DNA of 64,000 nt from Squalus acanthias (lineage: Eukaryota): NCBI GenBank assembly GCA_030390025.1, contig CM059433.1, positions 9,364,001 through 9,428,000 on the forward strand, in the 5' to 3' direction. The position numbers and the translations under genes are program-made. Shown here piece after piece: positions 22,670 through 35,598 of the stretch. A model generated the notes under the pieces. The model saw only the letters and a program-made list of their open reading frames with translations. It was not told the DNA's origin and made no database searches. The stretch's first letter is position 1, and each line of letters begins with the position of its first letter.

Positions 22670-23485
22670 AACAACAATAACAACATACATAGACGTGGCG
22701 CCTTTGACGTAGAAAGACCTCATTCAAATAAAATGGGCCTCAGGCCAAAGGAAGTTATTAGGCGGGGTGACTAAAAGCTTGGTCAAAGATCTGGGCTTTA
22801 AGGAGGGTCTTAAAGGAGGAGAGGGCAGTGGAGAGGTAGAGATGTTTAGGTAGGGAGTTGCAGAGCAGGGGGCATGGAATGAATGCACAGCTGCCAATGC
22901 TGGGGGTGAAGGAGGAGTCCAGAGTCAGAGGAACGCAGAGTTCTTGGAGGAGATTACAGAGATCGGAAGGGGCGAGGCCATGAAGGGATTTAAACATGTG
23001 GATGAGAATTTTAAAGTATTGTATGAGCTGGTGTTTGAGCATTGGAATAATTGAGCCTGGGGGTGACAAAGCCACGGATGAGAGTTTCAGCAGCAGATGG
23101 ACTGAGGCAGGGGCAGAGGATGGAAATGTTACGGAGGTGGAAGTAGCCAGTCTTTGTGATGAAGAGGATATGGGGTTGGAAGCACAGCTTGGGATTAAAT
23201 GGCATGGCGAGATTGTCAACAGCCTGGTTCAACTTGAGACAGCAGCAGGGAGGGGGGATAGAGTTAGTGGCAAGGGTACTGAGTTTGTGGTGGGGGCTGA
23301 AGACGATAGCTTCTATCTTCCCAATGTTTGTCAGGATGAAATTGAGGCAAATCCAGGATTGGCTCTCCAACGAACAGTCTGACAGCACAAAGGCAGTGGA
23401 GGGGTGGAGAGGTAGTGCTGAGAGTTGTCCATGTACAGCAGGAACCTGACCCCCATATCTGAGGATTATGTCGCCAAGAGGCAGC
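22670..23485 (-). mobile_element. Degraded L2 LINE 3' region
   Basis: HLRNISILCPCLSPSAAETLIRGFVTPRLNYSNA, FKILIHMFKSLHGLAPSDL, SFKTLLKAQIF. Confidence 0.8.
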
Positions 23486-23486
23486 A

Positions 23487-23828
23487 GAAAGAAAGAACTT
23501 GTGTTTATGTAGAGCCTTTCACAACTTTAAGACATCCTGAAGCACTTCACAGACACTTTGGAATGTCCTGAAATTGTGAAAGGCTCTATATAAATACAAG
23601 TTCTTTTGAAGTGTTCAGTACTGTTGTAATGAGGGGAAATGTGGCAGCCAATTTGTGCACAGCAAGGCCCCACAAATAGCAATGAGATAAATGACAAGGT
23701 AATCTGTTTTAGTGATGTTGGTTGGGAGTTAAATGTTGGCCTGGACATTGGGAGAGTGCCCCTGCTCTTCTTCGAATACTGCCAAGAGGTCTTTCATACC
23801 CACCTGAGAGGGCAGACGGGGCCTCGGT
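23487..23828 (-). mobile_element. Deu-like SINE fragment
   Basis: Colinear with 10801-11100 (GCTCTTCTTCGAA, CACCTGAGAGGGCAGACGGGGCCTCGGT). Confidence 0.75.
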
Positions 23829-24109
23829 GAAGCACTTTGGGGGAGTGATGTGGGAACCAACGACATAACTTTAATTTACCTCGCATTCTGCAAGTATTAA
23901 TCTGACACATATAACCGCTAAAATTTAACTGAGCAGATCTGATTTGGTAACAATTGATAATGTTTTGATAATCATCTGATTTCACAATGCTTTTAAACAG
24001 GCAGGAAAGTAGATATTGAAAAATAATTCAGCATTCAATATGCAAGTTGTTTGAAAAGACAATCTGTGAATTCTGTGAATAATAACACTTTTGTGCACTT
24101 TGTTATTTT

Positions 24110-25622
24110 TTTTATCCGTTTATGGGATGTGGGCGTCACTGGCAAGGCCAGCATTTATTGCCCATCCCTAATTGCCTTGAGAAGGTGGTGGTGAGCCGCC
24201 TTCTTGAACTGCTGCAGTCCGTGTGGTGAAGGTACTCCGACAGTGCTGTTAGGGAGGGAGATCCAGGATTTTGACCCAGCGACGATGAAGGAACGGCTGA
24301 TATACTTCTAAGTCAGGATGGTGTGTGACTTGGAGGGGAACTTGGAGGTGGTGGTGTTCCCATGTGCCTGCTGCCCTTGTCCTACTAGGTGGAAGAGGTC
24401 GCAGGTTTGGGAGGTGCTGCCGAAGAAGCCTTGGCGAGTTGCTGCAGTGCATCTTGTAGATGGTGCACACTGCAGCCACGGTGCTGGAGGGAGTGAATGT
24501 TTAAGGTGGTGGATGGGGTGCCAATCAAGTGGGCTGCTTTGTCCTGGATGGTGTCGAGCTTCTTGAGTGTTGTTGGAGCTGCACTCATCCAGGCAAGTGG
24601 AGAGTATTCCATCACATGCTTTACTTGTGCCTTGTAGATGGTGGAAAGGCTTTGGGGAGTCAGGAGGAGAGACACTCACCACAGAATACCTAGCCTCTGA
24701 CCTGCTCTTGTTGCCACAGTATTTATGTGGCTGGTCCAGTTATGTTTCTGGTCAATGGTGACCCCCAGGATGTTGATGGTGGGGGATTCGGCGATGGTAA
24801 TGCCGTTGAATGTCAAGGGGCGGTGGTTAGACTCTCGCTTGTTGGAGATAGTCATTGCCTGGCACTTCTGTGTCGTGTATGTTACCTGCCACTTATCAGC
24901 CCAAGCCTGAACGTCGTCCAGGTCTTGTTGCATGCGGGCGTGGACTGCTTCATTATCTGAGGTGTTGTGAATGGCACTGAGCACTGTGCAGTCATCAGCG
25001 AACATCCCCATTTGTGACCTTATGTTGGAGGGAAGGTCATTGATGAAGCAGCTGAAGATGGTTGGGCCTAGGACACTGCCCTGAGGAACTCCTGCAGCGA
25101 TGTCCTAGGGCTGTGATGATTGACCTTCAATCGCCACAACCATCTTCCTTTGTGCTAGGTATGACTCCAGCCAGTGGAAAGTTTTCCCCCTCGATTCCCA
25201 TTGACTTTAGTTTTACTAGGGCTCCTTAATGCCACACTCGGTCAAATGCTGCCTTGATGTCAAGGGCAGTCACTCTCACCTCACCGCTGGAATTCAGCTC
25301 CTTGGTCCATGTTTGGACCTAGGCCGTAATGAGGTCTGGAGCCGAGTGGTCTTGGCGGAACCCAAACTGGGCATCAGTGATCAGGTTATTGGTGAGTAAG
25401 TGCTGCTTGATAGCACTGTCGATGACACCTTCCATCACTTTGCCGATGATTGAGAGTAGACTGATGGGGCGGTAATTGGCCGGATTGGATTTGTCCTGCT
25501 TTTTGTGGACAGGACATACCTGGGCAGTTTTCCACATTGTCGGATAGATGCCAGTGTTGTAGCTGTACTGGAACAGCTTGGCTAGAGGCGCGGCTAGTTC
25601 TGGAGCACAAGTCTTCACCACG
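24110..25622 (-). mobile_element. CR1-clade (Zenon-like) LINE, 5'-truncated RT
   Basis: KTCAPELAAPLAKLF, NPANYRPISLLS, QFGFR, MFADDCTV, YKAQVKHVMEYSPLAW. Clade label tentative. Confidence 0.88.
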
Positions 25623-26012
25623 ATAACTTAGGGGATTAACTCCACTGCCTCGCTCACTTTGCTCAGGTGATGCCTGACCCAATCGGTGGTGCTCTGGTTT
25701 CTTCTGCAGTACCACTGCACCTGCACTTATGTTTTGTGTGTGTCTACACAGGCGTTTCAATGAACCCAGCACGTCAAGTATACATGGCACATTTCACCCA
25801 CCCAATACATTCCATCACCTAACCAACACGAGTCTACTGATCGTGGGAGGGTCAGATTAGGTTTGAGTTCTGCCATCGTGAAAATCTTCTACACCTACTT
25901 GCAGAGGACATTATGCATCCACATAAATAGTTAATTCACATATTTTCAATTTCTATTTGCTTGAATATACCTGTACAAAATAAGTGATTTTTGTGAAAAA
26001 GTTAAAAACAAA

Positions 26013-26301
26013 GGGGGAAAAATTGGGTTGCTTTGCGCCCCATTAGCGCCCCCCCCGGGGAGGGAGGCCTGTAATACCGTGGCGCTACAAACCGATGCGT
26101 GTGGCGCTGTTGCACGTAGCGCCGCGATATTGAATGGTGGTGCCCCAAGAGGAGGGGGAGCGCTTCCAGTAGCGTCCCGCCTCCTGCTTGGGGCGCTACC
26201 ACTCAATTGACGGCGCGGGGGCGCTAACTTTTTTGGGGTGCTAAAAGTAGCGCCCTGGCGATGTTAGCACCCCAAAGGGGACGCAACCCAATTTTCCCCC
26301 C
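26013..26301. mobile_element. Short family A MITE
   Basis: TIRs GGGGGAAAAATTGGGTTGC / GCAACCCAATTTTCCCCCC, TSD AAA. Confidence 0.88.
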
Positions 26302-27182
26302 AAAGCATTTTCCATTTTCTGTCTTTCTTTCCCCCCTTAGACAATGTGGCAATGGGGCCACAATCAAACTGACAATGCTTTGGGACAATACATTGTAATA
26401 AATGTTCTTCTTGTTCTTTCTTTGTGCTATCGTATAAAATGGAAACAGAGGAAGAATGATATTGTGAATTATACAGTGCATGTGAGCCACAAAAATGTCA
26501 GTGGGGAGGGCGAAAGAGCCCCTTGTTATTTTACTATAGTCTTGCACCATTTAAAGCTGAATCTTTGCATAATCTTTAGTTATTTGAGGAGGGTACATAC
26601 GTTTTTGTCCATTTCTTCTTATTTTGCTCCCTTCCTTGATTTAGATTTTTGTGACCAATTTGCCAACGACAGACACCAGCTCTGGCTCAGCCACCAATGC
26701 AGCTTTTAACCCAACCTCTGGGAGATGTGTAAAAGTAACCCCAGAACGTGAATTGTGCTCTTGTGCCACCAGATTCTGACCTGACATCTGTGACTGACAT
26801 TTAACACTAAAGTTGCATTCACTCTGATAATATGGAAGGAGATGCATAAAATCCATTCTTCCATGTGCATTTGAAAGAAATCATTGGTTACTCCCCAGGA
26901 ATAGCTGATGATTTCTGATATTGGTCACGGGATGCTGTGGCTCTTGTTTTGGCCCAATTACTGCAGCTACATAGCCTATAAGTAGAAATAACAGTAGTTG
27001 TGACGGGATCATTTCTATACGTTAGACCAGTATAATTGCTTTATCGAGTGGCTGATTGTTCACACGGGCAGTCAGAAATGAAAGAGGAAGAAGTAGGAGT
27101 AAAAGTGGAGGGGTTATATTTGAAGGTGTATCGGCGGGCGGCAGGGGGGGGGGCGGCGTGTAGATACTGAGATAAATACGAT

Positions 27183-28645
27183 CGCAAATAGTCATCGCAA
27201 GAATACTCCTCAATCGCCTTCTCCCAGTGGCCGAAGAGCTCCTCTCAGAGTCGCAATGCGGATTCCACCCACTAAGGGGCACAATGATCTTCAACGTGCG
27301 TCAACTACAAGAGAAATGCAGGGAACAGCACCAACCGCTGTACATGGCCTTCTTTGACCTCACAAAGGCCTTCGACACCATCAACCGTGAGGGATTATGG
27401 AGTGTCCTCCTCAAATTCGGCTGCCCTCAAAAGTTTGTCACCATCCTCCGCCTGCTTCACGACGACATGCAAGCCGTGATCCTGACCAACGGATCCACCA
27501 CAGACCCAATTCACATACGGACCGGGGTCAAGCAAGGCTGTGTCATCGCACCAACGCTCTTCTCGATCTTCCTGGCTACAATGCTCCATCTCACCCTCAG
27601 TAAGCTCCCCGCTGGAGTGGAGCTAATCTACAGAACAAACGGGAAATTGTTCAACCTCCATCGCCTCCAGTCCAGATCCAAGGTTGTCCCATCCTCTGTC
27701 ATCGAATTACAGTATGCAGACGACGTTTGCGTCTGCGCTCACTCTGAGGTCGAACTCCAAACCATCGTCAACACTTTGACCATAGCGTACGAGAGCATGG
27801 GCCTTACACTAAACATCCGTAAGGCAAATGTCCTCTACCAACCTGCCCCCGCCACACAGTACTGCCCCCCGATTATCAAAATCCATGACAAGGCCTTTGA
27901 CAACGTGGACCACTTTCCAATACCTCGGGAGCCTACTGTCAACAAGGGCAGACGTTGATGACAAAGTCCAACACCAAACCCAGCACCAAGCTCATGGTCT
28001 ACAGAGTAGTAGTGATACCCGCCCTCCTGTATGCTTCAGAGACATGGACCATGTACAGCAGGCACCTCAAAGCACTGGAGAGGTATCACCAACGCTGCCT
28101 CCGCAAGATCCTGCAAATCCATTGGCAGGATAGGCGCACCAACGTCAGTGTTGTCGCTCAGGTCAATATCCCCAGCATCGAAGCTTTGACCACGCTCGAT
28201 CAGCTCCGATGGATGGGCCACATCGTCCGCATGCCCGATACGAGACTCCCAAAACAAGCGCTCTACTCGGAGCTCTGACACGGCAAGAGAGCCCCAGGTG
28301 GGCAGAGGAAACGTTTCAAGGACATCCTCAAAGCCTCCTTGAAAAAGTGCAACATCCCCACTGACACCTGGGAATCCCTGGCCCAAGACTGCACAAAGTG
28401 GAGGAGAAGCATCCGGGAAGGCGCCGAACACCTCGAGTCTCTTCGCCGGAGCAAGCGGAAGCCAAGCGCAAACAGCGGAAGGAGCGCACGTCAACCCAAG
28501 CACCCCACCCACCCACCCCTTCAACCACCGTCTGCCCCACCTGTGACAGAGACTGTAGGTCCCGCATTGGACTCATCAGCCACCTGAGAACTCATTTCTA
28601 GTGTGGAAGCAGGTCATCCTCGATTCCGAGGAACTGCCTAAGAGA
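27183..28645 (+). mobile_element. RTE (BovB-like) LINE, 5'-truncated, frameshifted
   Basis: ESQCGF, QLQEKCREQ, FFDLTKAFD, GVKQGCVIAPTLF, QYADD, LLYASETWT, QLRWMGHIVRM, terminal CPTCDRDCRSRIGLISHLRTH. Confidence 0.95.
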
Positions 28646-28916
28646 TTTTGATTTGTTGCAGAGCAGACTTTGACTGATGAACAATGGTAGGAAAAGATAC
28701 ATCTGCACTGGTAACTTGGTGGTGGGGAGGGAAGCGCAGCAACAGAGGGGAGAAAAATGAGCCACCAGTGGTGGGAGGGGGTAAAAGAAGGAATACAAAT
28801 GAAAACCCACAGGCCAGCTTGATTTAAGATTGCTGCTCCTTTACCCTCCCATCTGAGAACTCAATAGTAATTTTAAAATGCAGCTCTGAATTTGTAGGCA
28901 TTCTTGATTTAATGTT

Positions 28917-29705
28917 ATAAGAACATAAGAACATAAGAAATAAGAGCAGGTGTGGGCCATACAGCCCCTTGAGCCTGCTCTGCCATTCAATAAGATCATG
29001 GCTGACCATCGACCTCAACTCCGCTTTCCCGCCCGATCTCCATATCCCTTGATTCCCCTAGAGTCCAAAAATCTATCTATCTCAGCCTTGAATATACTCA
29101 AAGACTCAGCATTCACAGGACTCTGGGGCAGAGAATTCCAAAGATTCACAACCCTCTGAGTGAAGAAATTCCTCCTCATCTCGGTCTTAGATGGCCTATC
29201 CCTTATCCTGAGACTTTGCCCCCTAGTTCTAGACACTCCAGCCAGGGGAAACAACCTCTCAGCATCTACCCTATCAATCCCCTTCAGAATCTTGTATGTT
29301 TCAATGAGATCACCTCTCATCCTTCTAAACTCCAGAGAGTATAGGCCCATTCTACACAATTTCTCATCATAGGACAGCCCTCTCATCCTAGGAATCAATC
29401 TAGTGAACCTTTGTTGCACCGCCCCCAAGGCAAGTATATCCTTCCTTAGATAAGGAGACCAAAACTGTGCACAGTACCTCCAGGTGTGGTCTCACCAAGG
29501 CCCTGTACAATTGTAGCAAGACTTTCTTACTCTTATACTCCAACCCCCTTTCAATAAAGGCCAACATGCCATTTGCCTTCCTGATTGCTTGCTGTACCTG
29601 CATGCTAGCTTTCTGTGTTTCTTGCACGAGGACACCCAAATCTCTCTGAACACCAACATTTGAAAGTTTCTCGCAATTTAAAAAATATTCTGTTTTTCTA
29701 TTCAA
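28917..29705 (-). mobile_element. CR1 LINE 3' fragment
   Basis: ORFs 29015..29428 and 29400..29801; tail (ATAAGAAC)n. Confidence 0.92.
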
Positions 29706-30286
29706 ATGAGTCCTTTTAAAAAACACTGGTAAAATGAAGTAAGTGTTTCGGTGGGTCTCATCAATATAGATCCTTGGAATGCACAGAACTGTAATTAGCA
29801 CTTTTCGTTACTCCAGTTAATTTGCCCCGACGGATCACCTTTAAGGTAATGTAAGAATATAGGCTTTGGAGGGTATTTAGAGGGATGAAACTTGAAAGGG
29901 TTAAATAACTAAAGTTTTGGCTGGAATTACTGCCCTGCAAAAATAAACTGTTTTTAGGCTTTCAGTTGCAGGTTGACTGATGTGCACAAGTATTTTGTTT
30001 TTGCAGGCTAAGGGAGGGAGGACTAGTTTAAGACATAAAGCCACCTATACCGTTATCTCTTATTCCTCCCTAGATGTAATCATGCGTACTAGAGAACTCT
30101 TGTTATTTGTTGAAATATAATCAAATATTATTTTATTATTTTTCAGTATTAAAGCTTTGCCACGTTGCAGTTTAATATTAAGTTTGCTGGACTACAGTTT
30201 TATTTTTCCTTTGTTAGAATTAGTAAAGAGAATGATGCCTAACCTAGGATTTCTTTACAGCTAATTTAGTCATTAGGTCATTAGTT

Positions 30287-30706
30287 TTTTTATTCATTCA
30301 TGGGATGTGGGCGTCGCCGGCAAGGCCAGCATTTATTGCCCATCCCTAATTGCCCTTGAGAAGAACCATTGTTCTTTTTGTAGCGGTTTGTTACAACTGA
30401 GTATCTTGCTGGGCCTTTTCAGCAGGGCAATTAAGAGTCAACCACATTGCTGTGGGTCTGGAGTCACATATAGGCCAGACCGGGTAAGGACAGCAGATTT
30501 CCTTCCCTAAAGGACATTAGTGAACCAGATGGGTTTTTGCGACAATCCAATTAGTTTCATGGTCACCATTACTGACACTAGCTTTTTTTTAAAATTCCAG
30601 ATTTATTTAATTAACTGAATTTAAATTTGAACTCATGTCTCCAGGTCATTTATCTAGGCATCTGGATTATTAGCCCAGTAACATAACCACTATGCTACCA
30701 TTCCCG
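30287..30706 (-). mobile_element. tRNA-derived SINE with Zenon-like LINE tail
   Basis: Head GGGAATGGTAGCATAGTGGTTA on -; core GGTTCACTAATGTCCTTTAGGGAAGG; 3' end matches the LINE tail at 24110-24190. Confidence 0.8.
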
Positions 30707-31978
30707 TTAAAGGTTTCAAGGTCTCCATTAACTGCAGAAACAAGGGGAGCTTGTAGAAAGGCTGAAAACAAAGTTAAGGGGTTCTGAGGCATTGTCTCGG
30801 TCTGGACATGTAGGTGCTGGACCTATGATTGGGTAGAATAGGGGGTGTGAAAGATACATGATTGGATTAATTTTGCTGCAATTTCATTTTGGGGTATATA
30901 ACTGTGGGGGCTTGGGCCACTCACAGTGTAGAGGATTGAGCTGAGGGTGTGATGACAGGGTGCGGAAGGTTCGTGGAATGAAGTCATAGCCCTACCCAAG
31001 GACCAACGGGGTATTATAACTGTCAATTGTTCCTTGTAAACTGCCACTCTAATACTGTGTATATTAAGTCTTACTCGCGCTTAAATAAAAATCATAACTG
31101 TTACCAATATGGAGGCAGCATCGAACTATTGGACAGGCAATCCACAGGGATTATAAAAGATTACAGTAATGAGCTTTTGTCTTCATGTGAACCAGAACCT
31201 CTTCACAACACATCAGAGCCATAGACAGCACATTCCAATCTGGCTGTATTTAGGACTATTTTATTTGCTCTCTCTTACTGAGAGAGACACAGACTATGTT
31301 CAGACAGCATTATAGTGAAGGGCCACGTTACTGAGATATTGGGGTAATGCGAATTAAGAGAATTTGGCTGTACTAATGATGTTACGCAATAATATACTGA
31401 ATCTCTCTTTATACAAGTATGTTTGAGTAAAAAAAATGCCACGAGTGAACTACAGTGATGCGCTTTTCATGAGGCACAATCAAGATTATGTCATCCTATT
31501 GTCAATCATGTCATCATGCTTACCTCTGTTTACATAACAAATGGATTGTTTTGCAAGGCAATTTATCAAATGAGAAGGCATTTTTTTTTCAATGTACATA
31601 TATTTCAGTGAATATAGTTGAGGTGAAAAATGATATTTCTGGAGAATCGAACACTTTCCCATTTCAGTCACAGTGTCGCCATCAAGTAGTCCCAGGTCAG
31701 GTATACCACAACTCTGCCTCAACAATGTGCATTAATATGGCTGCAGAAGATCACCCCTTAAATTACCTTTCCATTTCCCACATCATTGTGGTTTCGCTGA
31801 GTGAGATGGCCAGTTTGTGCTGCGGTTACTTTATAGGCACTGTGTTAAGACTGTTCGGATTCATAGTATAGACAGCCCTTCCAAGCAGCAGAGAGAAGAC
31901 CTTTATCCTGTCCGTCTGAGCCAAGTTCAAGCCTATGTATCCTAGTGGTGCTCTAACTCATATCATATGGTTTTCAAC

Positions 31979-32385
31979 AGGGATACGATAGCATAGTGGT
32001 TATGTTACTGGCTTAGTAATCCAGAGGCCTGGACTAACAATACATGAGTTCAAAACACCATCATGGCAGCTTGATTCAGTTAATTAAATAAACTTGGAAT
32101 AAAAAGCTAGTATCAGTAATGGTGACCATGAAACTATCAGATTGTTGTACAAACTCAACTGGTTCAGTAATGTCCTTTAGGGAAGAAAGTCTGCTGTCCT
32201 TACCCAATCTATCCTATATGTGGTTGACACTTAACTGCCCTCTGAAATGACTGAGCAAGCAACTCAGTTGTATCAAACTGCTACAAGAAACTATAATAAG
32301 GACTGCAGCAGTTCAAGAAGGTAGCTCCAATTAGGGATGGGCAATAAATGCTGGCCTTGCCAGCGACGCCCACATCCAATGAATT
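31979..32385 (+). mobile_element. Same SINE family as 30287-30706
   Basis: TAGCATAGTGG A box, GAGTTCAAAAC B box, same core and tail GGGCAATAAATGCTGGCCTTGCCAGCGACGCCCACATCC. Confidence 0.82.
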
Positions 32386-33421
32386 AAACAAAAGAAAGAA
32401 TTTTCACCTTGGAAAAATTAGAATTTAAATTCTACTGACTTACTTAATTATAAAAACAAAAACATTCCTGTTGTAATATGCATTGTATTGGGGAGTGGAA
32501 CGTAATCTGTAAAATTATACATATATTTTTATACACTGTATGATACCAGGAAAAATCATATGATGTTACAACCCAAGAAAAGGTCATTCAGCCCATCGAG
32601 TCTGTGCTGGTGATCCTCTCCAGATAAACCAGCTACTTAATCTAATCTCACTCTCCTGTTTGCTCCTCATGCCGTTTATTGTCATTTTTTTTCAAGTAAC
32701 TGTCGAATTCTCTTTTAGAAGAATTTATGGGCTCTGCTTCAGCCATGGTTTGTGGTAGAGAATTCCACATTCTAATCTCCTTGGTACAATAGACTAACTG
32801 TCCCCTTAATTCTTTTTGCAATTGGACTAGTTCTTTTCAATGTGATGTGATGTACCTTAACCGTTTTTGTGTAACTGCTATTAATATAACATCAGATGGT
32901 ATGGTATTTACATTGCTCGGTACGAGAGAAGCCTATTTGGTCATAAAGCATGTTCCCCCCACGGCCCACGTGCACTTTGTCCTGTAACATGCTGCACCCA
33001 ACCAGACCGCCAGCTAAGGAATACCATCTACCACAGTCAAACTTCGAGTTTCTTCTCTTTCCTCTTGTCACTGTGGCCACTCCACAGTTCGAGATGGTTT
33101 TACTCTGATGTGACCAATAATAATGATGACTTTTTAAATATTCCATCACAGAATATTTTATGCTGGATAGAACTATGGACTCTTGCCACAATATAGAGGT
33201 CCTCGTGACTGCATAGTAAACTTTGCAAGCTTTGCTTCTGCAGTTAAGCAACCGCACCAGAACTCCACAATTGTGTTACACTCGTACACAGCGCAGCATA
33301 TGTTTGTAGATAATTACCTTTCTATGTAAAATTAATTGTGAGTAACACAAATATTTAAACTACTGAATATATAGTGTGAAGAATGTCATCTTATTATATT
33401 TCTTTAACTTTTCCATAATAG

Positions 33422-33489
33422 ATCCAATCCAAAAGACCAGCAGAAGTGTGAACGAAATGGGGCTGCCTGTTTCTCAGACCCTTCTCCCT
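33422..33489 (+). CDS. Candidate exon of unidentified + strand gene (phase 1 to 0)
   Basis: Pyrimidine tract, TAG acceptor, GTAAGC donor; PIQKTSRSVNEMGLPVSQTLLP. Confidence 0.45.
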
Positions 33490-33634
33490 GTAAGCAGCCT
33501 ATTGCCATTGTAGATGTATCTTTGCTATAGTTAACTGCTGTTCTAAATATAATGCAGCTGGTGTTATGGAGGTTGGCTGGTGATATTGCTGATAAAGGAC
33601 TAGTGCCCTGTTAGTTGGTCCAGTTATTTATCCA

Positions 33635-33978
33635 TGATGTGGAGATGCCGGTGTTGGACTGGGGTGGACAAATGTGAGAAGTCGCACAACACCAGGTTAT
33701 AGTCCAACAGCTTTATTTGAAATCACAAGCTTTCGGAGCGCTGCTCCTTCGTCAGGTGAAGTGAAGAGATGCATGATTGCCGTGATTATCTCTCTGCTGA
33801 GGTGTGATAAAGGGCAGTTGGAAAGATTAACTGTAATCATCTGGCAGTGTTCTCTGACTATATATGCTGTGCCTATATGCATCTCTTCACTTCACCTGAC
33901 GAAGGAGCAGCGCTCCGAAAGCTTGTGATTTCAAATAAAGCTGTTGGACTATAACCTGGTGTTGTGCGACTTCTCACA
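33635..33978. mobile_element. Penelope-like (second family) inverted pLTR pair with two hammerhead motifs
   Basis: 102-bp inverted arms 33673-33774 and 33877-33978; direct repeat GTTATTTATCCA (33623-33634, 33979-33990). Confidence 0.8.
33892..33928 (+). ncRNA. Minimal hammerhead ribozyme motif (mirror copy on - at 33723-33759)
   Basis: UCAC CUGACGA A GGAGC-AGC-GCUCC GAAA GC UU GUGA; helix I UCAC/GUGA; palindrome AGCU. Confidence 0.75.
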
Positions 33979-34389
33979 GTTATTTATCCACAATTAACTC
34001 AGTTTGTGTTTGTGGAGTCTCTCATGCAGCAACTTTTTCCCCAGAGATGTTTGACAGGGATGAGTACATCTAATTTTGCTGGAGCAGAATCCTGAAACTC
34101 TGGAGCAAAATTAATTAAAAAAATTAATCCCACCTGCATTTGCGACTTGCTCAGGACCGTGTCCATCTCTGACGTCAGATAAATTTCAGTGAAAAGTGAA
34201 GATTTATGCTGCTTGCACAAAATGCTCTGGAGTTGTGTTTCCTGCTAGTTCCTCAAACCTCTCACTTTAAAGGTTAATGAAACCTATCATAGACACAGTG
34301 TGAGTTTGAATTCTTATTAATACGAGGGCATATAGTATCTATTGTTATATATTAAAGATGGTGAATTGTTGCAGCATTCTAATGGTATT

Positions 34390-34408
34390 GTGCCTGTAGG
34401 TGGCGCTG
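34390..34408 (+). promoter_or_regulatory. Possible CTCF site
   Basis: GTGCCTGTAGGTGGCGCTG resembles the CTCF core in non-repeat DNA; motif only. Confidence 0.35.
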
Positions 34409-35598
34409 TGAGCATTGTGTTTTGTCAGCTAACGTCGTGTGACTCAGTCAACTGAATTTAAACCCTTTATGTCAATTCTAACTGCAGTAACTTAACATTT
34501 GGCACAGAGTGATCCCATAGCAGTGCATTTCCCAGAGAAGAACAGATGTCATGGTAAAGGAAAGTCTGTTGTACAGGGACATAGTTGCGCACATAAATGC
34601 ATGTTTCCCCTCCCCAGCTCCTGTTTTTTGCCTGTTCCCTTCTGTTTAGCAGCAGTATTGCCATTAGTGCTGTGCATCTCTATCCACCAGCATTTGTTAA
34701 ATGGCTGCTTTCACCAGTGGGCCATTCTGCTGTCGCTGTTTAGCTGCTCTCGTTGGCTGGCCGGCCCGTCTCGTTGGCCCTGTGGTACTGCAGCCCTGCC
34801 GCTGTCTCCGATAGTTCTAAGATAACTAGAGGCAAAAGCCAATTGACAATTCTGCTTCCCTCTGTTCTCATTAATCGGCCACTCGACAGCCTTATCATAG
34901 AATCATGGAATCATAAAATGGTTACAGCACGGAAGAAGGCCATTCGGCCCATCGAGCCCGTGCCGGCTCACTGTAGAGCACTTCAGTTAGTCCTTGTATT
35001 TATTTTTTCTAGTGAAGCCTCAAATTTTATTTAATTAATGATGTTGAAATGTAAGGGCCCTTTCAATTAAGGGCACATCTTTATGTAGTTAATTTTTTGT
35101 CAACTTTTTCCCAGTTTATTTAATAGATTTATGCTCAGTTTTCTTTCTTTGGTGCTTTTTTTCCCAATTCTGTATAAGGCTGCTTTAAATTCATGAACAA
35201 TCTATCTTCATTTAATCCAGCTTTCTTAGATCCTGTTTTTATTTTTGACTACTCTGTCCTTCCCGGCCTATCCTCTTTGCTCCCATTTTTGTCGCTGGTT
35301 CCAACAGTACAGCTGCTTCCTTTAGTCTCCAAACTCGCTTTAACATCCGATGGTGACCTTTCAATTCTCTCTTTCCTCCCACCCTGTAGATATCTAACTC
35401 TCGTCCTCTGGCCTCTCAACATATTCTACCCTTCAACCCTGCTCTGTCCTTTTTTCCCCACCATGTCTACCCTGCTCCACCTCACTCTACCTTCCCCACC
35501 CTGGTGCACCTTCCCTATTCTCGCCTTCTATCTGCTCAGTCCCACCTCAGCCCTGGTCCAATTATTTTCCACCTTCTAGCTCTCTTTGACTTGAAGAC

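Noticed and set aside
30720..33400. Short ORFs in AT-rich unique DNA
   Set aside because: No recognisable motifs, homology or convincing splice pairs.
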